Source of the DNA: Euprymna scolopes
Taxonomy: Eukaryota
Length of the DNA: 64,000 nucleotides
Reading direction: 5' to 3' (one strand)
Assembly (NCBI GenBank): GCA_053919585.1
Contig: CM132788.1
A model generated the notes under the pieces. The model did no database searches. It worked only from the letters and a program-made list of their open reading frames with translations, and was not told the origin of the DNA. This document shows, piece by piece, positions 1-12,299 of the stretch (within the stretch, counting starts at the first letter, position 1; each line of letters begins with the position of its first letter). A program made the translations under genes and the position numbers.

Positions 1-54
1 TTTTTTAAATTCAAATGATTAAATTAAATATAATATAATCTTAGAAAGATACGA

Positions 55-356
55 TACAAGTTAGAAAAGCATTTCATCGGAGGCATAAAAATTGTTAAAC
101 AAAATGTTTTTACTATAGGCTTTAAAAATAAAGGTACAAGATTCAATGTGAAATTTATTTATCTTCAAAGTGCACTTTTATACATTTTACAAAGTAAGGT
201 ATTACATTTGCATACCTTACTTTGTAAAATTAATAAAAGTAATCTTTGAAGATTAATAAATTTCAAATTGAATGTTGTACCTTTATTTTTAAAGCCTATA
301 GTAAAAACATTTTTTTAAATTAATTTTCAGGCCTTGGATGAAATGCTTTTCTAACT

Positions 357-360
<4 letters not shown>
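55..360. mobile_element. Fold-back (hairpin) MITE, ~150-bp inverted arms with ~9-nt loop
   Basis: TACAAGTTAGAAAAGCATTTCATC (55-) is the reverse complement of GATGAAATGCTTTTCTAACTTGTA (-360). Pairing continues inward to AAAGTAAGGTAT/ATACCTTACTTT around 190-223. Ends are TA. Confidence 0.8.

Positions 361-429
<69 letters not shown>
359..429. repeat. (TA)n microsatellite
   Basis: Pure TA run. Confidence 0.98.
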
Positions 430-433
<4 letters not shown>

Positions 434-799
434 GTATCAGATATTGATATAGGAATCGGAAACATCTGTATCTATTTTCCGATGTTGAATGTACTCCTTT
501 CATATTATTTTTTTCATTTGATTTTATTTAAAACAAACTTTTCTATAGCTGGTAATAATTATACAACAATAAATATTTCTTTATTTTGAAATAGTACTCA
601 AACTAAAATCTACAGATTACCCCATCTGAACACTAAAAATGTGTTTTTTTACGGTAATCAGAAAAAAATAACAACTTTTTAGTAAATATTTAGAGATTTA
701 AAAGAATCGGAATCGGTAATTGTATCAGAATCGGGAATTTAGTAAGGAATCGGTAATTGAATCGGAATCGGGGAAAATATTGGAATCGCCCCATCACTA
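430..799. mobile_element. One end of a non-autonomous hAT-like element with GAATCGG subterminal repeats
   Basis: Clustered (G)AATCGG motifs at 453 and 703-789, ending in CCCATCACTA (reverse complement TAGTGATGGG, resembling hAT (C/T)AGGGATG termini). The other end was not found. Confidence 0.5.
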
Positions 800-957
800 G
801 TACACACATTTATGCACATACACATATGCATATGTACATATTTAAGACCAGATTTTTTTTTATAATTATGATTTGTCTACCAATCTGTTAGATATATCAA
901 TTTTAATGCACTAGTTACAGAGTTTTAGATTAAACGAAAATTTAATCTAAATTGATA

Positions 958-2205
958 GGAGGGGCGAGCAATAAGTAATGCCCTGACCATCTCTGTTTTC
1001 TGATCTACCTCAAATTTTGTATGTGCACTGAGTTATAACTCTACGGGTTATGTGGCAAATTACAGCACTGAACTAACTGTGGTTTCTGTTTTACAGGTGT
1101 TTGAACTGATTCGGGTGTGAAATGAAGCCTGTTGAATGTCAAGCAGTGATCCGGTGTTTGTATTTGAAAGGACGCACACCACAGGAGACTTTTGATGAGA
1201 TGAAAGAAATTATGTTGATAATGCCCATCATATGAACTTGTAAAACGCTGCCATCGTGAATTCAAACATGGCCGAAAGTCTGTGGAAACAGCTCCCAGAC
1301 CTCGTCGCCCTCCTCCTGCCATTGATGAGGCATCTGTCTGTCATTTTGAGACTACCATTTTGGAAGATCGGTGCATTACCATTTGCAAAATAGTCTAAGA
1401 TGTCATGATTAGTACAGGGTCTGTGGAAACTATCATTCATGACCGTTTGCATATGCTGTCTTCCAGATGGATTCCCAGAACTGAGAAATCGTCGAATGCT
1501 CGAGGGTGAATTGGGAGATGTGCCAAGAAGCTGAGTCAAAGGTTTTCAAAAGAGTGATTACAAAGGATGAAACCTGGGCCCATCACTATGATCAAGAGCC
1601 CAGAGCCCAGTCAATGTAGTAGAAGTAGTTGGATTCACCACCTCCAAAGAAGGCAATAGTTTAGCCCTCCGCTGACAAGTTGATGCTCACAATCTTCTAA
1701 GACCAGGACGGAGTAGTGATGACATTTCTTGGCTAAGGGTACCACAATTACAGGTGCATATTATGCTTCACTTTTTAGGCAATTAAGGGAAGCTATCAAA
1801 ATCAAGAGGCGGGGAATGATCAACAAAGCTACCCCCTCCTGCAGGACAACGCTCCGGTCCACAACTCGCATGTCGCCAGATCAGAAGCATGGACGTATAG
1901 TTATGAAATCTTCCCCACCCTCCCTCCTCTCCTGACCTTGCACACTCTGATTTTCCTTCTTCCCAGCCATGAAGTCTTTTTGGAACGGAAAGCTTTTCTC
2001 AGACGATGCAGCCTTGATTTCTGAAGTCACGTCGTGGTTCGAGAACCAACCTACAAAAACGGTATCCAGAGCTACATTAAACGATGAGAGAAATGCCTAA
2101 CTCTGGGTGGTTCCTAGGTAGAGGGAGACTAATAACTGTGTCAAACTTCGTTTCTCTACTGCTATGGGAATTGGGCCAGGAGCATTACTTATTGCACACC
2201 CTTCG
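958..2205 (+). mobile_element. Full-length mariner DNA transposon (~1.25 kb), defective
   Basis: TIRs GGAGGGGCGAGCAATAAGTAATG and CATTACTTATTGCACACCCTTCG, flanked by TA at 956-957 and 2206-2207. Transposase remnants lie inside. Confidence 0.95.
1122..2132 (+). pseudogene. Mariner transposase pseudogene
   Basis: Motifs MKPVECQAVIRCLYLKG, RWIPR (WVPR), VITKDETWAHHYD, LLQDNAPVH and SPDLAHSDF (YSPDLAPSD), with multiple stops and frameshifts. Confidence 0.93.
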
Positions 2206-2542
2206 TAGATAGTTTGATAAACGCAGAATTAAAAAAAAAGAAATGCGACCCCCCTACCACATGAAACCCAACACTGTATAGCTAGTAGTGAACGCAAATT
2301 CACTGTCCACCAGTAAATACTATTCAGTTGACCACACAGTTAGTGAGGTGTCCCCTATATACACATACCCACTCTTTCTCGCTCTTTCTCTTCCTTGCTC
2401 TCTCTCACCCCTCCGCCTCTGAATGAAGTGACTAGCGCAGAAATTCCAAAATAGAAAAGAAAGAAAGTTTATCATGTCTTTTGGAAGACGCTGCCTCGAG
2501 TCGAAGACACAGTAACTTCCTATTGTCGCTCCACACGCCGCT

Positions 2543-3013
2543 TGTGGAGATCCGCGGCATATCTTCCCAACCCGTAATACATACGGACATATATGTATAA
2601 ATGAAATCAAGAGACAACCGCTTCGGCAAAAACTAGACACATATAAATTCATAAGTACAAGTCGATGTATCTGCATCGGAATAAATTTTCCGACATTTGA
2701 AATCTAGTCTACACGTTTCGCATGGAAGCAGAGAGCCACTCATATAAGGACGGTCTATTCCACATCACAACACGACCGAGACCTGCGACATATCACCATT
2801 GCACTCGAGCCAGCTACGTGAGAACGCCAAAATAAATATATCATTCTCTGGAAATTCAAATGCGGAGAAGAAAGAATGATATTAGTCCAAACCAATAAAA
2901 AGATGAAAGGAGAAAGGAATTTAATAAAACTGCATTTTCTTTCGTATCTGTATTTCTTCCTTTCTTTTGTTCCCTTTTTATTTTCAGTCAAGCAATTTCA
3001 CATAACAACTACA
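2543..3013 (+). mobile_element. Possible solo LTR
   Basis: TG...CA termini (TGTGG/CTACA), TATA-like CATATAAG at ~2741 and AATAAA at ~2831. Flanks GCCGCT/ATCGCT match only partly as a TSD. Confidence 0.35.
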
Positions 3014-3932
3014 ATCGCTTTAACTTTTAGCCCAGAACATTGAGTACTGTGCTAGAATTCAGTAATTGCGGGATATATATGAATGACAACCGTTATATAC
3101 TTATATGTTAACTACGTGTCGAGATTTTCTTCCCGTGTTCGAATGCCGGAAGTCGAGAGAGAAAATATTCGTGATCCTGACGACGTTATATTCTAGATCG
3201 CAACAAATCATCAGATACCTTCCTTTTTTATTTAATTTCTGTTGTGGGCCACAGGAGGAGCAAGTGCCAATACAAAGCCAACGTTCTTTATTGGGGGTCA
3301 TTGCCCCCGAATTTAACCTCTTCTCACCGGAAGAAAAAACGAAGAAAACAATCTAAACCATTGAAGGATACTTATTCATAGGGGTCACCAAAATAAAGAA
3401 TAAAAGAAAACAAAATGGCTTTCCATTCTATATTCAAAAGCAACTGCATTGCCCATCTTTTTTTATAGAGTATATTAGAGAGAAACCGGTGAGAAGCGGA
3501 AACGTTCTTGTATGTAAAGAGAGATTAAATAAATAAGGGTGTGTTAAAGACGAGAAGATAAATTAATTACCTCCCTTGGGCCAGCAAAAATAAACAAAAG
3601 GCAGACCGGACACCATGCAGATGGGAAACAAGAATAGGACAGTACATGTTTACTAAAAATGCATTAAATAAAACATTAACAAATTAGAAAATTCATATTA
3701 GAATAAAATAAAATATACAGAAATATGAATAAACTATAGTTAAATAAAAATTAGCATCATTATAAGCAATAAATGCGGGCCTATTTTTTCCTCAGATAGA
3801 AACAACATAACTGACGAGAGCCTAACACTATTTACGATTTACCGTTAACTGTTCCTCTTTATGTTGGGCGGGAAACCGACGGTACCAATGTTTTCTCTGA
3901 ACTTCTGTACAATTATATATATATATGTATAA

Positions 3933-3981
<49 letters not shown>

Positions 3982-4219
3982 ACAGAATTTTTTTCTCTCA
4001 TGCATGCATAATTGAACAGCAGAGATAATTCCAAATTTGTTTCCTTCTCGATCCATTTGTTTTCATTTGACAGACGTCTGTTCGAACGTTCTGTTCAAAT
4101 ATAAAATTAAATTGTTCATACATGGGAACATTTTCCACTTTCATGGTTTGTCTTCAAATAAACAAAAATGGGCTTAGTGAATTTATTGCAAAATCGGTGG
4201 AAATCGTTTGAAATCGTAA

Positions 4220-4800
4220 AAACACTTAAGCGTTCTTTCCCCTTCATATTGAGCCTGAATAATGGTCGGCTTGTTCATGCTAATGCGTAGGGCTTCCATG
4301 ATGAAAAGGCACAGGTTTTAATGTAAGACGGCTTAAATGGCGTTTTTTATTATTAATATATTTCTCCATTCGTTTTGGTGGCGTCCTGTCAATTGAGCTG
4401 TTAGGGAAAACAGGTGAGATGTAAGCGGGGTAGATATACTGGTTCTACTTATGCCGATGCATTTTGATTTGGAGACACATTTTCCGATAGCACATTTAAA
4501 AATATACCCAGCGTTGGAAGTTTTTATGAAATTGTCATCGGTATATTGCTCTTTGCTTAGTGAGCTGTTTTAATTTTTTATGATAAATGAGGAATCAAAG
4601 TTTACTTTTTGTTAGTGGTCGAAATGTGTTTATGTAAGATGTACTTTATTATTTTTAGTCGATTTTATTATTAGCATGCATCTCGTTACAGTCGAATATT
4701 CTTATTTGTTATCCAAGTTTTATATTTTAGCTACAAAATACATATACATTTTCCCCAAAACCTATGGTCTTGGTAAAGAGGGAAACTACATCATTCTTAT
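4220..4800 (-). mobile_element. Penelope-like element remnant (RT fragment + GIY-YIG endonuclease)
   Basis: Minus-strand translation gives DVVSLFT (DVxSLFT RT motif, ~4790), GYIFKCAIGKCVSKSKCIGISRTSISTPLTSHL and FIMEALRISMNKPTI, matching the PLE GIY-YIG pattern. Heavily deleted. Confidence 0.7.
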
Positions 4801-5029
4801 ATAGTTTGGAATGATCTTCAATAACGGCAGGAGAGGGTGGAGTGTCAGCCTAAGATTAATAGTAGGTTTTTGCGAGGGAATGACACGATGATGTCCTCAG
4901 GTAAATAAAATGATACAATATCGCTTACACTTACTTTACATAATTATATCCGTAAACAATAGAGAAGAATCCAGGTTGTCATCGACGCATGTACATCTAA
5001 ACAATATGATATATAATGCAGGGTTATTC

Positions 5030-5963
5030 AGGGTTATTTATTTTTTTCCTGATGAAATTGTATCAGAGATGGGTATAGTCGCTGATGACACAACGTTATA
5101 TAAGAGGTACGAGCGGTAAACAAATATATACATATTTAAGGAAATAGCAGATACACTAGAAGAGGACTTCCAAACTATGGCGGAATGAGGACCAAATGCA
5201 ATGGTCACATACAATGCTGCCAAGTATAAGCTTGTTTACTTCAATAATTGCAAGAAACCATTCCGAACCTAAAATATCTATAGCTAAAGATCCATTACCT
5301 AAAATTATTTCTTTCAAACTATTCGGCTTAACGTTCAGACACAACGTGAATTGGATCAGATACATCGAGAGCATTGCCGAGGCAACTGCATGAAAGGTAG
5401 CCTCCCTCTACCGTGCTAGAAAATTATTTACGACAGGAGGCATCGTGTACATCTACAAGGAAACCATTTGCCTATGCATGAAGTAGTGTTTTCACATTAT
5501 GGTTGGAGCATCTGCTACTAGTCTCTTGCTCCCTGAGAGTGTTCAAAAGAGAATCACAAACCTGATAGGTTCTGAACTGTCATTAACGCTTAAACCTCTG
5601 TCCTATTGACGAAATGTTGAATCGCACTGCCTTTTCTACGAGTATTTTAATGGTGGATACTCTAGCGATTTATAAGTCCTTGTGCTTACTTGACGTAAAT
5701 ACCTCTTAAAAACGGCACACGCAACAAAACCTCACACATACACAGTAGAGATCCTTAAATGAAAGAAATCTGTTTACTCTAATAGTTTCTTCCACAGAAC
5801 TGCTACATTCTGGACACCCCCCTCGGGGTTCTGCTTTTTTAACTGTACTGACAGGTAGAAGTCTAATAGTAATGTGAATAGACACTTCCCTGCATAACTC
5901 CTTACATAGTATCCTTGGAACTTGGCACTGTGCTTTGTCTCGGGTGAAACTGTAAGAAAAAAA
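5030..5963 (+). mobile_element. CR1-group LINE 3' fragment (family A)
   Basis: IVADDTTLY (YADD), KLFGLTFRHNVNWIRYIESIA and IYKETICLCM..HI motifs. Homologous to 24120-24877; ends GGGTGAAACTGTAAGAAAAAAA. Confidence 0.9.
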
Positions 5964-8900
5964 TTCTAGAAAGATACACATTTTCGCTTCACACAAACTA
6001 ATTCCGAAATTACTTTGACATTTTAAATATGATAAATAGCACAATGATTTGCAAATTAACTACTCTCACAAATGATAAAAAAAAATATGAATATCTAAAA
6101 CAAAAATTGGAAATAAATTTCAATTCATGATTTAATGTCCCCAAGAAATAATAAATGGTTTAATAAGAAATTAACAACAAATAATTTGGACATGTTTTTC
6201 TTCTATCAACACCATTTATATGATTCAACTGATCCAGGACATGGAAGCAGTAAAACATCATAACAATTTAGACTTAAACTTCTAAAATACTTAAATCAGC
6301 GTTTAAAAAATCCATTTAGAATGGAATGACTCAAGCAATTGCTTTCCAATTCGTCATATAATGAGTTAGCTTAAAAACATTCACGAATATTCCAAAACGG
6401 AAATTGTTAGATTGGCGTATTTAAGATATTCAAATATTAGAATATTGTTTGTCATCTGCATTTTGTATGCATGTTACTGTTTTATTTTCTTCAAGTTATG
6501 CGTGCTTCAAAAACGCAAAATATATTTATCAACACATGCATGCACTAACTATTATATGCCCATTATTTTATGAGATTATTATATGATCTATAGTAAACGG
6601 GTTTATTCTATATCTATATACGGAGATAAACGATATACAATGAATAAATATAGATGCAGCTCATTTACTTCTCTGTCTCCTTGTTTTTTGTTTGTCTATT
6701 TATTTTTTGTACAAATAAGTGATCGATTACCACTTGACATGCACTTATCAATTGGATGAATACACACACTATGGGAGGATCAATGATGTTTGACTTAGTC
6801 GGAAAATACGATTACTTAAAAGAGCGTATCCACAAGTATTTATTTACATTGGGCTTGAAGAGATCATCTCTAAATCGGCTGGAGAGCAATTTCGTTTGTA
6901 TGTGTTTCACGGTTGGTACATTTTTTTAAAAGCGCCTGTAACATTTCTTAGATTTACGGTCTACATTTTCTCATTATATTGTGGAAAACCCCCAATTCGA
7001 CCAAAACATATAGTTTAATAGCAACTTGTGTTCAATTAGCCGTATATAATGTAATGTTATGTCATTTTCTAATATTAAAAAATAGACAAGGAGTAATTTG
7101 CTGTAACTTATACCTAATCAAATTAGAAAAGCGGCTAATTACAAGTGCATTTCGAACCTCAGATGTTTCCTGTAACGCATATCATTTTTATTGGTTCATT
7201 AGGTCGATATCATCATAAAATTATCTATATATCCTAAATCACTGCTGATGATAGCCCTGTGTCGGTTGTTGACGCTCGTGTTCTTCATTACAAATGTGTG
7301 CTGAAATTACGTAACTGATTTTTATTTTTAGCATTAATTTCTACGTGTACACAAACCATATTATTATTTTACTTAAATAAAAGCATGTAGCTAGTATTTT
7401 ATTATTGTATCGTCATTTTCAAAACAGGTGCTCGCCATGCGTCCCCGACAAATATTATTAACAAACAGACACCAAACTCAATCACTGTCAACAATCTCCT
7501 ATCATCTAAAAATCACGAAACTTTTCGGAATGTTGTTTCTTTCTTTAAACTATTTGTTTGTGGATTATTATACCGCAAAATTGTTTCCAAACTGGCTATC
7601 ATAATCTTGTTTGAATTTAAACATAAAAATCTGGATGAGCTCAATTCTATAGCAATTAAATACTCTTCAATCCTCACCATCATTATCAATCGTAATTATG
7701 TTGTCTTAGCTTAAACTGATACTCATCTCGCTCTTATGGCCTTGTAGATTTCGGTCTTGATAATACGTCACACCTTAACCAAAAAGAAAAAAATATAAAA
7801 TAAAATAAAGATACGTCAGCAAAATGTTAGATGTATTTAAATGAAAATATAAATATGACACTGATGAACATGCTCGCCTAACGAGCGACTCATTCAAGAT
7901 CCCTGGCTAAATAGACTTTCAAGTGTATGCGCCGATTCAAATACACATAATCGCACTTCATTATACCCGCGATAATACGAAATCCTGACTATACAAAAGA
8001 AAATTGCTTACGTTTTTTGATATATAGTTCGACCTAAATAAATTTGCAATATACAAACGCATTCAAACTCATGTTGAATATCATTTGTTCTAATGCGCCG
8101 TCCCACGACTCGACTGCGCTACCATATTTGATTTCCTGTGTATCCGATGGGATTTATCATCTTTTATAACGACATGAGCGTATGTTATTGTTAATGCATT
8201 AAGGTAGCTTAATGGCGGATTTGGGATTGATAATAGTGTCTAATATTAATATTGTTTTACGAAGGAATTTAGAGATTTGGTGATGAAAGGTATGTTGGCT
8301 AAAATCGGGAGCAGTAACTAACTCCGAGGTCAACATCCAAAGATGCTCTGTCTGCGAACAAATTCGATAGAAATTTACTTCGATATACGTGTATGTACGG
8401 AGTCAATCAGAAGAGACGGGAATGTGTCTTGGCGACTTGCTGATTAACCGGTTGGCATCGGGGAAGTTCACTCCCCAACCATCTACCTAATTATATAAGG
8501 GTGTGCAAGAGCGGATTTTAGCGAGCTGAGTGCACCTTAAGCCAGTCCCCGAAACTCCTCTAAACGCGTCTAAATAACGCCGACTTCGAGATTCTGCGGT
8601 TAATATCTTTCGCAAGCAGAATCACATTTTCATGAAATATCGTATTTTGCATAAACAAAAATAGTTTTGTGTGTGCTGAATAAGGCCACAGCAACAAAAG
8701 TTTCCCTGAGACCCTTACATCAACCTCTGTCGACTGTTCGTTATGACATAGATCAAGAAGAAAAAAGTCACGTATTTGTGGCGACGTCCACGATATATGG
8801 AAATTAAATCTGGAATTATGGATGACACTTCACGGTCGCAGCTGATATGACACCTGTTGCACTGTGGACTCTTAAGTGGTTTCGTTTCAACCGCCTATAT

Positions 8901-10157
8901 AATAAATTTCCACAGTGGTATTATAAGAGTAATATGCGCTATCGTTCGCACATGATGCGACATGTGTTTACTGTGGGGTCTGAAGTGATTTAATTTAAAC
9001 TACTTATCTTATTTTACAGAGATATTTTGTTATACCGTTGTAGTTATATAGTTTCTGAATAAAATTGTGTAAAATAAAACGTCTGCAGTTTTTACTTATT
9101 GCTTCTGCGAAGAAGTTTGCAATACTACCAGACCTGACGATAAACTTGATTTATTTTTTCACGACCAATCGATCAAGTCATGAGTGACGACCTTGATACT
9201 GGAGAGTGGACTGTGGCCCGCAAATTAAACATCAATAAACACAACGTGACGTGGGCCTCACCTGTCGCCCTGAATTGGCGGACTTATTCTATTGAAACAG
9301 AACAACCAGAAAATGCCTGTGCAGACGATCAGGCTAAGTTACTGTGTTTTGAGAGTAATTCTGTACTGACCAGAATACATGTTGAACGTTTTGGGGCGTC
9401 TGACGATCAACGAGGCCTAACACGAACTCGAATACTGAGCTAATGTCGGTTTATATTCACATGATTTCATTTTCGGGAAATAATAGATCTACCTTCTTGA
9501 AAGTGCAACCTCTATGTTTTTACTCAAGCACTTATCCTAAATAACTCAACGCAGTTACATGTAATGCTCGTGTCTTAAAATTGTTTAACATGGAAAATAA
9601 CTACTTTTAAAATCATATAGCACACTTTCTGATTAATTATTCAAATATTTCCTTTCTCATTTGTCTCGTACTTTGTAGATATAGAGAAACTTTCATTAGT
9701 CAGAATAGAATATACATTGTTTTCAAACTAAAAATAGATAAATACATGTGTAATATTAATAAACGATCTTGGCTAAGCATATTAAATATAGTGTCAATAA
9801 GATGCTTCCCTGATTATACATGTGTGCTAAGTCGAGTGTAAAAGAATCTTCTCGGAATATGCTACGCTAATTTTACAACAGACTTAATTCCTGGGTATGT
9901 TTTTTTTATAACTAGTGTAATAATTTACACTATCAAGAGTAGGAAGAGGTAAGGCATGTTAAAATTATATCATCGACAGCAAATATTAACTACTTGCTAA
10001 AGCGGAAGCTGATTCCTAGTCGAATGATCTTATACCAGAATAGGTTTTCGTTTGAACACGGATCAGGTATTTGATTTTATACCTGCGACCTCGTAGATGC
10101 TTACAGGTGTTGTTTGTGATCTTGACATGGATTTTATAGGGTGGTTGTATTTTTTAT

Positions 10158-10490
10158 ATCTTCACATTTAAACATTTTTAGGGTCTCTTTTGTACATAGT
10201 GCACAGAATTTATCTCCTGGTTTATATGGTTTGCAAGATTCAATAAGTTGCCATTACAACTTGAAAGGAATATTGTTATTCTTGAGTTGCCAAGTATACT
10301 TGGATAGAGTAGTTTGGTTTGACAGAGAGCTATTTTTAAAAGAATATTTGTGCGTTGAAAGTCTATGTTTTATTAGGCCAGATTCTGTGCACTATGTACA
10401 AAAGAGACCCTAAAAATTTTGAAATATGAAGAATTCAGAATAGGAACTAATATTCACATGCAGTCATAAACGTTGGTTTAAATTTAATAA
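10158..10490. mobile_element. Penelope-like GIY-YIG C-terminal fragment with internal inversion/duplication
   Basis: Minus strand 10375->10160 reads HRLSTHKYSFKNSSLSNQTTLSKYTWQLKNNNIPF..W..IESCKPY..GDKFCALCTKE. Plus strand from 10382 repeats FCALCTKETLK and continues to ELIFTCSHKRWF. Confidence 0.75.
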
Positions 10491-11366
10491 ATATAAACCA
10501 CCTTAAATCATGAAAAAATAATTATTAATAAAAATAGATTACAATTTTTTTATTATTACATTCTTTAATTAAATATATATGCCTTATTATCCCCCTTACA
10601 TTATTTAATTATGCAAATAATATTATCCTCCAATTTCATCGAATTCTAAACCTTGGCGTCCTTTAATCAAAAGTACGTTACCGGAAATAAATTATTACAC
10701 AAGCGTTCTTTTTGAAAATTTATAATTTCATTAGCTGAAAAGCTATAGCGAGCATCTATATGAATACTTTAACTATAGTTCCTGATTTCAAAAGGCAAAA
10801 AATTGAAAGGTAAATATATGTACGTATGTTTTATGTATGTATATATATATGTATATCTATGTATATATATATATGTGTACTTGTTCATATATATGCATGT
10901 ATGTATTTGTGTATGTATGTATGCATAATATTATACTTAAACCAAATTTATATTTATAATTTTACTCTATGTTATTTCTATCCCAAACCCATATTAATTT
11001 TCTTATCAAGTTTACATCCATACCTTTATTTTAATTTTGTCCAGATACATCTGCCTTACTTTAATGCTAGATTTATTTATGGTGTCTTTTACATTTAATA
11101 AAAACCCTTTCCAATATTTGCTGATGAGGAAACCATGTTTGATAAAAAAACTATATGTAATAATTATTGTCCGTAACTTGATGTCTACCACAATAAAAAA
11201 CACTGTTTTCCGAAACGATCGCACAAATAATTGATTTTGTTGTTGTTCCTTCTAATGAAACGGATTTTTAATTTAATTATAATTTGATTTTTAAATTATC
11301 AATCACATTACTAAATATTATATTAGCTCTAGGATATTAACCTATCGAGCTTATTATATATCTTGA

Positions 11367-11469
11367 TTACAACGAGCACTTTTTCTTTCCCTGTATTTTA
11401 ATTAAACTAGTAATTTTACTATTACATTAAAATACACTTTGCTCTTTAGACTATTGTTCTAATCTCCTT

Positions 11470-11470
<1 letters not shown>
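11367..11470 (-). repeat. Dispersed repeat copy 1 (matches 44333-44434 in reverse), abutting (TA)n
   Basis: TTACAACGAGCAC...ATTAAAATACACTTTGCTCTTTAGACTA is the reverse complement of TAGTCTAAAGAGCAGGGTGTATTTTAAT...GTGCTCGTTGTAA. Confidence 0.8.
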
Positions 11471-11512
<42 letters not shown>

Positions 11513-11519
11513 CGCTTGT

Positions 11520-12128
11520 ATGTATGTAAGATACCTTTAGACTGTGTGCGTGTGTGTACAAAGTGTTCCGCATTGTCTTCAAAACGACTTGGCCTATGTT
11601 TGTTGAAATTGAACACAAATTTACGGCATGCGTCTTCTATAGTAATGCCCCAGAAAAATTTCGAAATTCGATAATCGGATAAAATCGATTAGAAGAAGAA
11701 ATAATCTTATTTTGACCAAAGCTAACACCCTAATACAACCTGATATAAAAAAAATAACTTTAGATGATTTATACATAATAAACTCTTGACGCTTTGAAAA
11801 ATCAGTCGTACGATCAGAACCTGTTTATGTTTAGGGTACAAATAATGTAATGATGATGGGGTTTTGAATTTTACATTTTAATACTATATATATAAATACT
11901 TTGATTGACAGACATGTGTATCTCCACAGTATAATATCAGCTACAATATATTGTAGAATAATATACTGCTAGGAAATATGTGAAGCTTAGTATAATTCAC
12001 TGGTTTGGAACTTGAATTGGAGTAAGGAATAACATTGATTTGATAGAAAAATAGGCGATTCATCTGATTTCGATGGAAACAAAACTTACGGAAACGTTAA
12101 ATATCTGTTCAACGTATGGTCTCTCTAG
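11520..12128 (+). mobile_element. Possible non-autonomous Helitron/Helentron-type element
   Basis: GT-rich microsatellite followed by CAAAACGACTTGGCCTATGTTTGTTGAAATT (resembling the HINE/DINE-1 core), ending in CTAG|T. Confidence 0.4.
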
Positions 12129-12260
12129 TAAACAAGCACACACACACATACACACACACATATATATATATGTGTGGGTTTATGTACATATCTATGTATA
12201 TATCAAACATGCATATGTTTTATATCTTTTTTATATTTAAAAAATTCAATTTTGAAATAA

Positions 12261-12299
<39 letters not shown>

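Noticed and set aside
338-589. ORFs with YIYIYI runs (also 10826, 12116, 24658, 40878, 44759, 44878)
   Set aside because: Translations of (TA)n or TA-rich microsatellites.
7243-7285. Hammerhead-like CTGATGA-stem (also 7860-7895 and 49700-49725 on the minus strand)
   Set aside because: The GAAA core is mutated or stems I/II are missing. At best these are dead Penelope-type ribozyme relics.
8100-9120. LTR-like or promoter-like region (TATATAAGG at ~8492, TGGCGACG at ~8779)
   Set aside because: No paired LTR, TSD or gag/pol sequence, so boundaries cannot be supported.
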